A DNA stretch of 64,000 nt from an uncultured Thermotogae bacterium (GTDB taxonomy: Bacteria; Bipolaricaulota; Bipolaricaulia; RBG-16-55-9; JAJCYT01), in contig CAZNGF010000001.1 of NCBI GenBank assembly GCA_964572855.1, forward strand, positions 14,099 through 78,098, written 5' to 3'. This document shows positions 18,292 to 27,418 of this stretch, piece by piece. Made by a program: the position numbers and the translations under genes. Below the pieces are notes generated by a model, which saw nothing but the letters and a program-made list of their open reading frames with translations, did not search any database and was not told the origin of the DNA. Numbering within the stretch: the stretch's first letter is position 1; the number at the start of each line of letters is the position of its first letter.

Positions 18292-18882
18292 ATGCGTCAC
18301 GAGTCAGCCCGCTTGATCTTGGCCTCGGGGTCCCCGCGCCGCCGAGCGCTGTTGCAGCACGTGACCCCGGACTTCGACGTCGTCCCCGCCGACGTCGAGG
18401 AGCGCGCCGGGGACGGCACGCCCGAGTCCGCCGTGCGCGGGATCGCGCGGCGGAAAGTGGAGGCCGTGCACGCGCGCGGCGCGTCGGGGGTGATCTTGGG
18501 TGCGGACACCGCCATCGTGCTCGACGGCCGGCTGCTGGGCAAGCCGCGCGATTGGGGCGACGCCCGCCGCACGCTGCGCGCGCTCAGCGGGCGGGTCCAC
18601 ACCGTGCTCACCGGCCTGTACGCCGTCCACACGGGCACGGGCCGGGCCGGCGCCGACTGCGTTGCCACCCGCGTCCACGTGCGCCCGCTCGATGGCGTTT
18701 GGATCGAGCGCTATCTGGCCACCGGCGAGGGGGTGGACAAGGCGGGCGCCTACGCGATTCAGGGCCGGGGCGCGTGCATGGTCGAATACCTGGAGGGGGA
18801 CTACACCAACGTGATGGGACTTCCCTTGGTTCGAACGGCCCAACTGCTGGAACGGGTCGGCTGGCGCCCGCCCGCGCGCTGA
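18292..18882 (+). CDS. maf: Maf-family nucleoside triphosphate pyrophosphatase
   Basis: LILASGSPRRRALL...GADTAIVLDGRLLGKP...AYAIQG motifs. Confidence 0.88.
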   Translation: MRHESARLILASGSPRRRALLQHVTPDFDVVPADVEERAGDGTPESAVRGIARRKVEAVHARGASGVILGADTAIVLDGRLLGKPRDWGDARRTLRALSGRVHTVLTGLYAVHTGTGRAGADCVATRVHVRPLDGVWIERYLATGEGVDKAGAYAIQGRGACMVEYLEGDYTNVMGLPLVRTAQLLERVGWRPPAR

Positions 18883-18886
18883 GGGG

Positions 18887-19321
18887 TTATTGGTTGTCGA
18901 AATCGCCGCCGCCGCTGCCCCCGCCGTCCTCGCCGCCGCCCTCGGGCAGGACGACGACCTTCTTGGCGTCGAGGAAGCCCGCCTCGCTCTCGACGTAGTC
19001 GGTCACGCGCAGCCGCGTGCCCACGCCGATGCTCCCCTTGCCCAGCGGCTGGCCGGCGGGGCTCTGGACGGCGCCCGACACCTTGACCCACTGGTCGCCC
19101 TTCTCGTCGGCGTCGACGTCGAGCTGGACGAAGAAGTCCTTGTTGATCTGGGAGATCTTGACCACGACGCCCTCGATGGGCGGGGGGGGCTCGTCCTCCT
19201 GCGCCAGCGACGGCCACGGGCCCAGCAACGACCCCAACAGCGGGAGCAGGAGCAAGAGGACCAAGGCCAGTCCTCTGGGCAGGCGGGCCAGCGAAGCGGG
19301 TGTGGCCAACGAAGCGCTCAT
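18887..19321 (-). CDS. Secreted hypothetical protein (signal peptide, Gly/Asp-rich C-terminus)
   Basis: 144 aa, MSASLATPASLARLPRGLALVLLLLLPLLGSLLGPWPSLAQ..., with coding-like GC3 bias. Confidence 0.5.
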   Translation of the reverse strand: MSASLATPASLARLPRGLALVLLLLLPLLGSLLGPWPSLAQEDEPPPPIEGVVVKISQINKDFFVQLDVDADEKGDQWVKVSGAVQSPAGQPLGKGSIGVGTRLRVTDYVESEAGFLDAKKVVVLPEGGGEDGGGSGGGDFDNQ

Positions 19322-19386
19322 CGCGTTCGACTGTAGCCCGTCCCCGCCGGCGGGACCATAGAGATCCCGTGAAAATTAGATGAAAA

Positions 19387-20052
19387 CTAGTCCCGCTCGA
19401 TCAATCGGTACCCGAAGCCGCGTACGGTGACGACCCGCTCGGGGGTTTTGGGGTCGGCCTCGACCTTCTGGCGCAGCAGGTGGATGTAACGTTTGACGTC
19501 GTTGGAGACGGCCGTGCCCTGGGGCCAGAGCGTCTCGATGATGTCCTCGTCGGAGAACACCTTGTTCAGGTCCGAGGCCAGCAGGCTCAGCAACTCGTAC
19601 TCCTTGGGGGAGAGGTGCAGCGGCTCGCCGCGCAGCGTGACCTGCTTGAGTCGGTCGTCGATCTCGAGCGCGCCCACCCTGAGTTGCTCGGTGGGCTGGG
19701 TCCGCCGCATGACGGCCTCCATGCGGGCCTCGAGCTCGTTGAACTTGAAGGGTTTGGTGATGTAGTCGTCGGTCCCGGCCCGCAAGCCCTTGACGATGTC
19801 CTCTGTGTCGGCGCTGGCCGTGACCATGATCACGGGCAGGTCGTCCTGCGCGCGGATGAACTCCAGCACGCCCCAGCCGTCCAGTTTGGGCAGCGCGATG
19901 TCCAGCAGCACGATGTCGGGCTGGGCGCGCTGCAACTGATCGAGCGCCTCGACGCCGTCGCGCGCCTCGATGACGGTGTGGTCCTTGAGTTCCAGGAACC
20001 GCTTCAAGATCGCCAGTGCGTCCGCGTCGTCCTCGACTACCAGGACGTTCAT
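19387..20052 (-). CDS. OmpR-family two-component response regulator
   Basis: Receiver domain (MNVLVVEDDADALAIL...DIVLLDIALPKLDG) plus an OmpR winged-helix. AAGGAGG lies before the ATG at 20052, and the gene overlaps the stop of the kinase gene. Confidence 0.88.
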   Translation of the reverse strand: MNVLVVEDDADALAILKRFLELKDHTVIEARDGVEALDQLQRAQPDIVLLDIALPKLDGWGVLEFIRAQDDLPVIMVTASADTEDIVKGLRAGTDDYITKPFKFNELEARMEAVMRRTQPTEQLRVGALEIDDRLKQVTLRGEPLHLSPKEYELLSLLASDLNKVFSDEDIIETLWPQGTAVSNDVKRYIHLLRQKVEADPKTPERVVTVRGFGYRLIERD

Positions 20053-21533
20053 TCGGGGGTCACCTCCTTGGGGATACACACCGAAAACGTGCTGCCCCGA
20101 CCGGATGCGCTCTGCACGCTCACGCGCCCGCCGTGGTCGGCCACGTAGCGCTTGACGATGGCCAAGCCCAAGCCCATCCCCTCGGTCATTTTACCCGCGT
20201 AGTTGTGCAGCCGCCCGAAGGGTTCGAAGATGAGGGCCTCGTAGCGCTTGGGGACGCCCGGCCCGGTGTCCCGGATCGCCCAGCGGGCTTCGCCTTCCGC
20301 CGCTTCCAGGGCCACCGAGACGCGCCCCCGCTCGGTGTACTTGATCGCGTTCTCGACCAGGTTGACCAGCACCTGCTTGAGCTTGGCGCGGTCCACCCGG
20401 GCGGTGACGGGGCGTTCGAGCTCGAGTTCGAAGGCGAGTCCCTTGCGCTCGGCCAGCGAGCGCAGCGGCTCGACGGCCTCCAGGGTGAGCTGGGCCACGT
20501 CGGTGGCCTCGAGCTGGATGGGCTCGCGCCCGGTCTCGATGCGGGAGTAGCGCAGGATGCGCTCGATGAACTCGAGCAGCTGGTCCGACGAGCCCATGAC
20601 CGATTGTAGATAAGCCCGCTGGGTCTCGCCGGGCTCGCCGCCGTCGCCGGCCAGCATGAGTTGGGCGTAGCCCGAGATCACGTGCAGCGGCGTTTTCAAA
20701 TCGTGGCTCATGGAAGCCAGAAAGTCCGACTTGGCGCGGTTGGCCTGTTGCAGCTCGAGGTTGACCCGGTGCATCTGTCCGTCCTTTTCGACTAGCGCGT
20801 CGGCCATCTGGTTGAACGCGTGGGAGAGCGTCTCGAGCTCGTCGCCGCTTTCGACGCGCGCACGCACGCCGGACTCGCCCTGGCCGAAGCGGGTCATGGC
20901 CCCGCTGATGTGCTCGATGGGGCGCCAGATGCGCCGGTAGAGCACGAGCACCATGAGCGAGCCGACGGCGATCACGCCCAGCGAGACCCCGGCCACCACC
21001 AGCAGGCCCTGCCGGATCTCGGTTCGCACCTCGGCCAGCGAGATGCCCAGACGCACGTAGCTGCCGACCAGCTCGCGCTGTACGTCGGCCCGCTCGGGTG
21101 TGACCTCACGGCCCGTGAACGAGCGCTCGAAGTCGACGTAGGGCGTGCCGTCGGACAGCGTCTTTTCGTACGTCTGTAGGCCGGGCACGATGCGGTGGAC
21201 GCTCAACTCGACCGGGACGGCCCTTTTTTCGGCCACGACCTCGCCGTCGACCACGATCTGGGCGTACAGCACGTCGCCCGAGACCACGCTCTCGGTCACC
21301 AGCGGCAGGCGAGAGGTGTCGTTGCGGAACTCGGCGCTGAACAGGGCCTCGCGCGCCAGGCTCTCGGCCAGGTGCTGGCCCAGCTTCCAGACCCCCTGCT
21401 CCAGGTCCTCGGCGAAGCGGTAGCCGGCGAACAGCGTGATCAACACGGCCAGCGACGCGGTCAGTGCGGTCAAGCCGACGAGAAAGCGGGTCCGCAGGCT
21501 CATGCGCCCTCGTCCCTGGCGGAAGCGTTTCAT
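20049..21533 (-). CDS. Sensor histidine kinase (TM-HAMP-HisKA-HATPase_c)
   Basis: 494 aa with an H-box (SHDLKTPLHVISGYAQLM) and N, G1 and G2 boxes (RDTGPGVP, GMGLGLAIV). Confidence 0.88.
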   Translation of the reverse strand: MKRFRQGRGRMSLRTRFLVGLTALTASLAVLITLFAGYRFAEDLEQGVWKLGQHLAESLAREALFSAEFRNDTSRLPLVTESVVSGDVLYAQIVVDGEVVAEKRAVPVELSVHRIVPGLQTYEKTLSDGTPYVDFERSFTGREVTPERADVQRELVGSYVRLGISLAEVRTEIRQGLLVVAGVSLGVIAVGSLMVLVLYRRIWRPIEHISGAMTRFGQGESGVRARVESGDELETLSHAFNQMADALVEKDGQMHRVNLELQQANRAKSDFLASMSHDLKTPLHVISGYAQLMLAGDGGEPGETQRAYLQSVMGSSDQLLEFIERILRYSRIETGREPIQLEATDVAQLTLEAVEPLRSLAERKGLAFELELERPVTARVDRAKLKQVLVNLVENAIKYTERGRVSVALEAAEGEARWAIRDTGPGVPKRYEALIFEPFGRLHNYAGKMTEGMGLGLAIVKRYVADHGGRVSVQSASGRGSTFSVCIPKEVTPE

Positions 21534-21622
21534 GGTGTTCGCTGGGGAGGATAAGCCTGGGACCGCGTTCCCCGCAACCGGCGCTTGCGGGCGTTCCCGG
21601 GGGCGCTTACGATGCTCCCGAC

Positions 21623-22417
21623 ATGCGCGCGAACCTGTTGACGTTCATGAGCGATTTCGGGGCCCACAGCGGCTATGCCGCCGCCATGAAGGGCGTGGCG
21701 GCCGGGCTCACCGAGGCGCGCATGCTCGACCTGAGCCACGACGTCGACGCCTTCGACATCCGCCAGGGCGCCTTCCTGCTCTACATGGCCGCGCCGCACT
21801 TCCCCAAGGGGACGGTCCACTGCTGCGTGGTCGACCCCGGCGTCGGGACGAGCCGTCCCGCGCTGGTCGTGGCCGCCGGCGACCAGTACCTGGTCGGTCC
21901 GGACAACGGGCTGCTGCTGCCGGCCGCGCGCCGCATGGGGCTACAGGGGGTCTGGCGCATCGAGAACGAACGCCACTTCCGCCATCCGGTTTCGCACACG
22001 TTCCACGGACGGGACGTTTTCGCCCCCGTGAGCGCCCACCTCTGCAACGGGACGGCGCCGGGCGAGGTCGGCCCACCCACCAAAGCCTGGGTCGAGCTGG
22101 ACTTCGGGCGCGCGAACGTCGGCGGGCGGCGCGCCGCCGGCGAGGTCATCTGCTGCGACGCGTTCGGCACGATCGTGACCAACCTGACCGAGGCCGACCT
22201 GAGGAAGATCGCCCGCGTCGGCGACGAGCTCGACCTCACGCTGGGATCGCGCTGCGAGCGCCTGCGCTGGGTGAACACCTTCGGCGAGGCCGAGGGCGAG
22301 GAGCTCATCCTGGACGTGGGCAGCCACGGCTTCGTCGAGGTCGCGGTCAATCTGGGCAGTGCCAAGGCGCGTTTGGGCCCCAGCGCCCGTGCCCCGGTCG
22401 TGATCGAACCCGCCTGA
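21623..22417 (+). CDS. S-adenosyl-L-methionine hydroxide adenosyltransferase (SAM hydrolase, DUF62)
   Basis: Begins MRANLLTFMSDFGAHSGYAAAMKGV...HCCVVDPGVGTSR...GPDNGLL, the DUF62/fluorinase-like fold. The track ORF from 21464 carries an N-terminal run-on. Confidence 0.75.
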   Translation: MRANLLTFMSDFGAHSGYAAAMKGVAAGLTEARMLDLSHDVDAFDIRQGAFLLYMAAPHFPKGTVHCCVVDPGVGTSRPALVVAAGDQYLVGPDNGLLLPAARRMGLQGVWRIENERHFRHPVSHTFHGRDVFAPVSAHLCNGTAPGEVGPPTKAWVELDFGRANVGGRRAAGEVICCDAFGTIVTNLTEADLRKIARVGDELDLTLGSRCERLRWVNTFGEAEGEELILDVGSHGFVEVAVNLGSAKARLGPSARAPVVIEPA

Positions 22418-23862
22418 TGGCCGCGGGCCTCGAGCTGGACCTGACGGATCTGTTCGCGCGCCACCCGGACGCCCGCCGGATCCTGGAGCGGCTCGAGTTG
22501 CGTGGGCACACGGCGGTGCTGGTTGGCGGCGCGGTGCGCGATCTGCTCCGCAGCGCCTGGGCGAACGACCCCGACCTGCTCCCCGCCGAGGTCGACGTCG
22601 CCACGGATGCGACCCCCGATCAGGTTCGTGCGCTGTTTCCGGACTGGAGGACGGTCGAAGTCGGCAAAGCCTTCGGCGTCGTCGTGTTGCGCGCGCCGGG
22701 CGGGGCCGCCTACGAGGTCGCCACCTTCCGCCAAGAGGGCGACTACGACGGCCGCAGGCCCGGCACGGTCGAACTGGTGCGCTCGCTGGAGCGGGACGTG
22801 CGCCGGCGCGACTTCACGGTCAACGGGCTGGCGGCGCGCCTCGACGGGACCGTGCTCGACCACGTCGGCGGGGTCGCGGACCTGAAGCGCGGCCTTGTCC
22901 GCACGATCGGCGACCCGGACGCGCGCTTGCGCGAGGATTTCCTGCGGCTGCTGCGCGCCGTGCGCTTTGCTTGCGCGCTCCCGGCCGAGATCGAATCCGG
23001 AACGGCCGCGGCGATCCGGAGGCACGCCGGCGGGCTGCGCCGGATCTCGCGGGAGCGCGTCGGGCAGGAGCTGCTCAAGCTGCTGGGTACGGACCGGTCG
23101 CGCCGTGGGGTCGAGCTGCTCGACGCGTTTGGGCTGTTGGAGGCGTTCCTGCCCGAGCTCTCGGCGCTCCAGGGCGTGCCGCAGCCCGCGCGATATCACC
23201 CCGAGGGCGACGTCTGGGTCCACACGCTGCTGGCGCTGGATTGGGCTGACCGGCTGCGCCTGCCCCCCTTGAGCAAACTGGCCGTCCTGCTGCATGACGT
23301 CGGCAAACCCGCCGCGCTCGAGCGCAACGCCGGCGCGCACATGGGCGAACACGAGAAGATCGGCGCCGAGATGGTCCGACGAATCGCCCGTCGCCTGCGC
23401 TTGAGCGCCGCCGAGGCCCAAACGCTACAGTACACGACGCGCGAGCACCTTAGAATCGCCAAGCTGCCCGAGATGGGACCGGCCAAGCGGTTGCGCTTCC
23501 TCAGGTCGCAGGGGGACGCGGGCGCGTCGCTGGCGTCGCTGCCCGAGCGCTTCCCGCGCTACGCCGAGCTGCTGCGCGTCCTGCTCTGCGACGCCCAGGC
23601 CAGCGCGCATCGGGCGTCCGCCTGGCTGCCCGTGCTGGGCGCGACCGTGGGCGCGGCCTTGCAGGTCCGCGATCTGGAGGCGCTGGAAGCGGCGCAGAAG
23701 CTGCTGGACGGGCACGACGTGCTGGCGCTGGGGGTCGCGCCCGGCCCCGCCGTCGGCGCGATCCTCGAGTCGGTCTATGACCGGATCTTCGCGGGCGAGA
23801 TCCGGGACCGCCCGACGGCGCTGGCGGCGGCCCGCCGCTTGGCGCGGCGGGCCGAAGCTTAG
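22417..23862 (+). CDS. cca: CCA-adding tRNA nucleotidyltransferase (PolyA_pol head + HD domain)
   Basis: Begins MAAGLELDLT...LVGGAVRDLLR...DVAT...RRDFTVNGLA, and has an HD motif LLHDVGK. Its start overlaps the SAM-hydrolase stop (TGATG). Confidence 0.85.
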   Translation: MAAGLELDLTDLFARHPDARRILERLELRGHTAVLVGGAVRDLLRSAWANDPDLLPAEVDVATDATPDQVRALFPDWRTVEVGKAFGVVVLRAPGGAAYEVATFRQEGDYDGRRPGTVELVRSLERDVRRRDFTVNGLAARLDGTVLDHVGGVADLKRGLVRTIGDPDARLREDFLRLLRAVRFACALPAEIESGTAAAIRRHAGGLRRISRERVGQELLKLLGTDRSRRGVELLDAFGLLEAFLPELSALQGVPQPARYHPEGDVWVHTLLALDWADRLRLPPLSKLAVLLHDVGKPAALERNAGAHMGEHEKIGAEMVRRIARRLRLSAAEAQTLQYTTREHLRIAKLPEMGPAKRLRFLRSQGDAGASLASLPERFPRYAELLRVLLCDAQASAHRASAWLPVLGATVGAALQVRDLEALEAAQKLLDGHDVLALGVAPGPAVGAILESVYDRIFAGEIRDRPTALAAARRLARRAEA

Positions 23863-25319
23863 CCCGCTTTGGTGTCGGACTTGGCGTCGGGGTAGCGCGG
23901 GCGGGAGTGCATCATCGAGCGCAGCGTGCCCAGGAACGAGGCCTTGATCTTGCGCAGGTCGGCCAGCGTGAGCGGGCACTGGTCGAGCTGGCCGTCCTCC
24001 AGGCGTTCCTGCACGACGCGATCGACCACCTCGGCCATCTGCTCGGGGTCGTCCACGGTGCGCGAAATGGATTCCACCGCGTCGGTGAGCATCAATATCG
24101 CGGTTTCCTTGCTGCGTGGGCGCTGTCCCTCGTAGCGGTAGTCGCTCAGCGAGAGGTGCTTGCCCTCGCCGGGGTTCTTGAGCGCCTTGATGTAGAAGAA
24201 GCGCATCACGGTCGTGCCGTGGTGTTCGGCGATGAACTGCAACACGTCCTGCTTGAGCCCGTAGTTCTGTCCCATCTCGAGGCCGGCCTTGACGTGGTTG
24301 ATGAGCACGAGCCGGCTCATGTTGGGGCTCAGGTGGTCGTGCGGGTTGTGGCCGTCGCGCTGGTTCTCGGCGAAGTGGTCCGGCGAGACGCTCTCCGAGG
24401 CCTTGCCGATGTCGTGGTAGAGTGCGCCCACCTGGGTCAGAAGCGCGTCGGCGCCGATGGCGCGCGCGGCGTCCGAGGCGAGCCGCGCCACGCTCAAGCT
24501 GTGCGAGTACGTCCCCGGCGCGCGGTCCTGGAGCCGCTCCAGCAAGGGGTGCGAGGTATTGAGCAGTTCGATCAGGCCCAGCGGGCTCGTGCGCTGCAGC
24601 ATGTACTCGACCAGCGGGACCAAGCCCATGAGCAGCAGCGCGTTGACGGGGCCGCTCACGGTGGCGGCGGCGAAGCGCTGCCAGTACCAGTACCAGTTGG
24701 CCCAGTCCGCCCAGAGCGCCAGCGCCACCAGCCCCAACAGGTTCACCAGGCCGACCTCGAGGCCGATCAGGATGAGCTCGCGCGAGCGCTCCAGCCGGCG
24801 GGCGCGCAGGACCATAATCATCGCGCCGGCGAACAGCATGAGCGCGAGCCCGGCCTGGGGCGCGCTGAGCGCGACCAGCCCGGCCAGCGCCAGGTTGGCC
24901 ACCAGCCCCATCTCGACGCCCAGGAACATGACCACCAGCCCCACGCTCAGGCTCACCGGGATCAGGTATGGCGAGAGTACGCCCAGCCCCTGCGCCACCA
25001 GCGCGTTGAACGCGATCAGGCCGGCTAGGAACCACTTCTCGCGCTGGCGGCCCAGCCACGGCGGGCGCCGTACCCAGACGTAGGCCGCCAGCCCTACGGC
25101 CAGCAGGCCGATCAGCAGGACGCGCGCGATCCACTGGGGCCAGGGGACGAGGCTGAGCCGCAGCCCCGGGTCGAGCTCGAGGGTGAACGCGAAGATCAGG
25201 TCCAGCACCAAGACGACGCCGGCCAGCAGCAGCAGGTCGCCCCGCGGCGGCAGGGGGACGCGCTGGCGCGAGGCGGCGCGCTGGGGTCTATCGCGCCTGT
25301 GCCTGCTCCGCGTTCTCAT
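23859..25319 (-). CDS. 7TM receptor with intracellular HD hydrolase domain (7TMR-HDED / YqfF-like)
   Basis: Seven predicted TM segments followed by an HDIG domain (ALYHDIGK...HH). It lies downstream of phoH, as in Bacillus phoH-yqfF. Confidence 0.8.
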   Translation of the reverse strand: MRTRSRHRRDRPQRAASRQRVPLPPRGDLLLLAGVVLVLDLIFAFTLELDPGLRLSLVPWPQWIARVLLIGLLAVGLAAYVWVRRPPWLGRQREKWFLAGLIAFNALVAQGLGVLSPYLIPVSLSVGLVVMFLGVEMGLVANLALAGLVALSAPQAGLALMLFAGAMIMVLRARRLERSRELILIGLEVGLVNLLGLVALALWADWANWYWYWQRFAAATVSGPVNALLLMGLVPLVEYMLQRTSPLGLIELLNTSHPLLERLQDRAPGTYSHSLSVARLASDAARAIGADALLTQVGALYHDIGKASESVSPDHFAENQRDGHNPHDHLSPNMSRLVLINHVKAGLEMGQNYGLKQDVLQFIAEHHGTTVMRFFYIKALKNPGEGKHLSLSDYRYEGQRPRSKETAILMLTDAVESISRTVDDPEQMAEVVDRVVQERLEDGQLDQCPLTLADLRKIKASFLGTLRSMMHSRPRYPDAKSDTKAG

Positions 25320-26286
25320 AGGCCTCGATGATCTCCCGGATGAGCCGGTTGCGCACGACGTCGGTCTTGTCCAAGTGGACGAACTCGATGCCCTTGATTC
25401 CGTTCAGGATCCGCTGGACGGTTTGCAGGCTGGAGGCGTGGCCCTGCAGGTCCACCTGGGTCACGTCCCCGGTGATGACGGCCTTGGCCTTGGCCCCCAT
25501 GCGGGTCAGGAACATCTTCATCTGCGTTTCGGTCGTGTTCTGCGCCTCGTCCAGGATCATGAAGCTGTGGTTGAGCGTGCGCCCGCGCATGAACGCCAGC
25601 GGCGCCACCTCGATGCGGCGACTGGCCATGAGCCGGTGGACCTCGTCGTCGGGCATCATGTCGAAGATGGCGTCGTACAGGGGGCGCAGGTAGGGGTTGA
25701 CCTTGGCCTCGAGGTCGCCGGGCAAAAAGCCCAGTTCCTCGCCGGCCTCGACCGCCGGGCGGGTGAGGACGATGCGGTGGACCTTGCCGCGCTTGAGCGC
25801 GGCCACGGCGATGGCCACCGCCAAATAGGTTTTCCCCGTGCCCGAGGGCCCGATCCCGAACACGACGTCGTTGTGCAGGATGGCCTCCAGGTAGCGCCGC
25901 TGGCCCACGGTCTTGGGTTTGATGGTCTCGCCCCAGCGGGTCTGCTGGATCGAGCCGCTCAGCACGCCGGTGAGGTCGTGCCCCTCGCGGGTCTGCTCGA
26001 CCAAATAGCGCACGTCGTCCAGCGTGGGGACGTGTCCGTCGCGCCAGATCGCGCGCAACTGTGCAAACAGCCCGTAGACGCGCTCGACCTCCTCGGGCGC
26101 GCCAGAAATGCGCAGCACGGTCCCGCGCGCGGCCAGCTGGACGTCGAACTGCTCGCGGACGTACTTCAGGTGGTTGTTGAACTGGCCCAGCAGCCCCAGC
26201 GCCTCGTCGGCGCCCTGGAACTCGAACTGGCGCGTCGTGCCGGGGGTCCGGTTGTCCGGCCGGTCAACCGATTGGGTCCGATCCAT
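25288..26286 (-). CDS. phoH: PhoH-like ATPase
   Basis: Walker A GPSGTGKT, with strong full-length PhoH similarity. Confidence 0.9.
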   Translation of the reverse strand: MDRTQSVDRPDNRTPGTTRQFEFQGADEALGLLGQFNNHLKYVREQFDVQLAARGTVLRISGAPEEVERVYGLFAQLRAIWRDGHVPTLDDVRYLVEQTREGHDLTGVLSGSIQQTRWGETIKPKTVGQRRYLEAILHNDVVFGIGPSGTGKTYLAVAIAVAALKRGKVHRIVLTRPAVEAGEELGFLPGDLEAKVNPYLRPLYDAIFDMMPDDEVHRLMASRRIEVAPLAFMRGRTLNHSFMILDEAQNTTETQMKMFLTRMGAKAKAVITGDVTQVDLQGHASSLQTVQRILNGIKGIEFVHLDKTDVVRNRLIREIIEAYENAEQAQAR

Positions 26287-26426
26287 CCATCCTCCTCATC
26301 GATCGGTGTCGGGCGTCTTGTCGCGCGCGTCCGCCCTACGGGGCGGCCTAAGCGTTCCGGTCGCGTCGGCAAACGGGTTTCGTGGGGGAACGGGGGTAAG
26401 CGGCAAGCAACGGAGTGCCAATGTGA

Positions 26427-26981
26427 TCACGCTTCGGTCAGCATACCCCGGCCGGCGACGCTTGTCAAAACGCCGCGCCGCTCGATCTCGCTTAGCACCA
26501 GGCCGGTCGCCGTGCCGCTGATCAGCGCCAACACCCAGAGCACGGGCAGGTAGTAGAAGAGTGCCCCCTGCTGTACGAACGCCGCCCAGGCCAGGGCGAG
26601 CTGGGCCGTGTTGTGGACGAGCGCACCCACGACGCTCACCCCCACCAGGCTGAGCCCGGGTCGCAGCCAGCGCAGCGCCAGCGCGACCGCGACCGCGCTG
26701 GCCACCCCGCCCCCGAGGCTGAGGAAGAAGCCCACGCTCAGGAACGTCCCCGCGATCAGCCCGCCCAGGGCGCTACGCGTCACCGCCAGCCCCACGCCCG
26801 CCCACGGCCCCAGCAGCAGCATGGTCACGACGGTCATCAGGTTCGACAGGCCCAGCTTGACGCCGGGGAAGGGAAGCGGCGGGGGCAGCGCGCCCTCCAG
26901 CACGTGCAGCACCAGCGCCATCGCGAGCAACATCGCAAACGTTAGGGTGCGCTTGAGCGCGGGGTCGGCCGGGTGGGTCAT
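26427..26981 (-). CDS. Gx-transporter family membrane protein (HepT/heptaprenyl-diphosphate-synthase-component-I-like)
   Basis: About 184 aa and polytopic, starting MTHPADPALKRTLTFAMLLAMALVLHVLEG. Its ATG overlaps the stop of the NusG-II gene (ATGA). Confidence 0.6.
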   Translation of the reverse strand: MTHPADPALKRTLTFAMLLAMALVLHVLEGALPPPLPFPGVKLGLSNLMTVVTMLLLGPWAGVGLAVTRSALGGLIAGTFLSVGFFLSLGGGVASAVAVALALRWLRPGLSLVGVSVVGALVHNTAQLALAWAAFVQQGALFYYLPVLWVLALISGTATGLVLSEIERRGVLTSVAGRGMLTEA

Positions 26982-27391
26982 TTGACCACGCTGTCGTAGG
27001 GCGGCGGGCCGGGGATCTGGATCACGACGCGGTTGGGCAGACAGACCAGCGACTGACCCGCGCGGCTGATCCAGCCCTGGCGCACGCAGAGCTGCTGCGG
27101 GCCGGGGTCGCTCACGACCCGGACCCTGCCGGCGGCCACCTCGATGACCGTCTCGCCCAGCGGGCCGCGCACGGCGAACTGGCGCCGCTCGCCCAGCGGC
27201 ACCTCGGCGATCACCTCGTTCTCGACACGCACGACCGCCGCCTGGCCCGGCAGGCCGCCGGCGCGCAGCCAGGGCAAAAAGCCGACGCTGGCGGCCAGCA
27301 CCGAAGCGATCAGGAGCCGGTCGCCCCAGGTGAGCCGGCGCCACAGGCTGCGAAGCGCGCCCGTCCAGCGGGCGGTTGGTCGGGTGTGCAT
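26978..27391 (-). CDS. NusG domain II-containing protein (DUF1312)
   Basis: 137 aa with one TM segment followed by a KOW-less NusG-II beta-barrel. It is typically paired with Gx transporters. Confidence 0.55.
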   Translation of the reverse strand: MHTRPTARWTGALRSLWRRLTWGDRLLIASVLAASVGFLPWLRAGGLPGQAAVVRVENEVIAEVPLGERRQFAVRGPLGETVIEVAAGRVRVVSDPGPQQLCVRQGWISRAGQSLVCLPNRVVIQIPGPPPYDSVVK

Positions 27392-27418
27392 CGGTGTCTA
27401 TCCCCCTCCGCGCCCATT

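Noticed and set aside
21436-23862. 808-aa plus-strand ORF spanning the SAM-hydrolase region
   Set aside because: High-GC frame run-on with no domain content before MAAGLELD. The real cca gene starts at 22417, overlapping the stop of the upstream gene.
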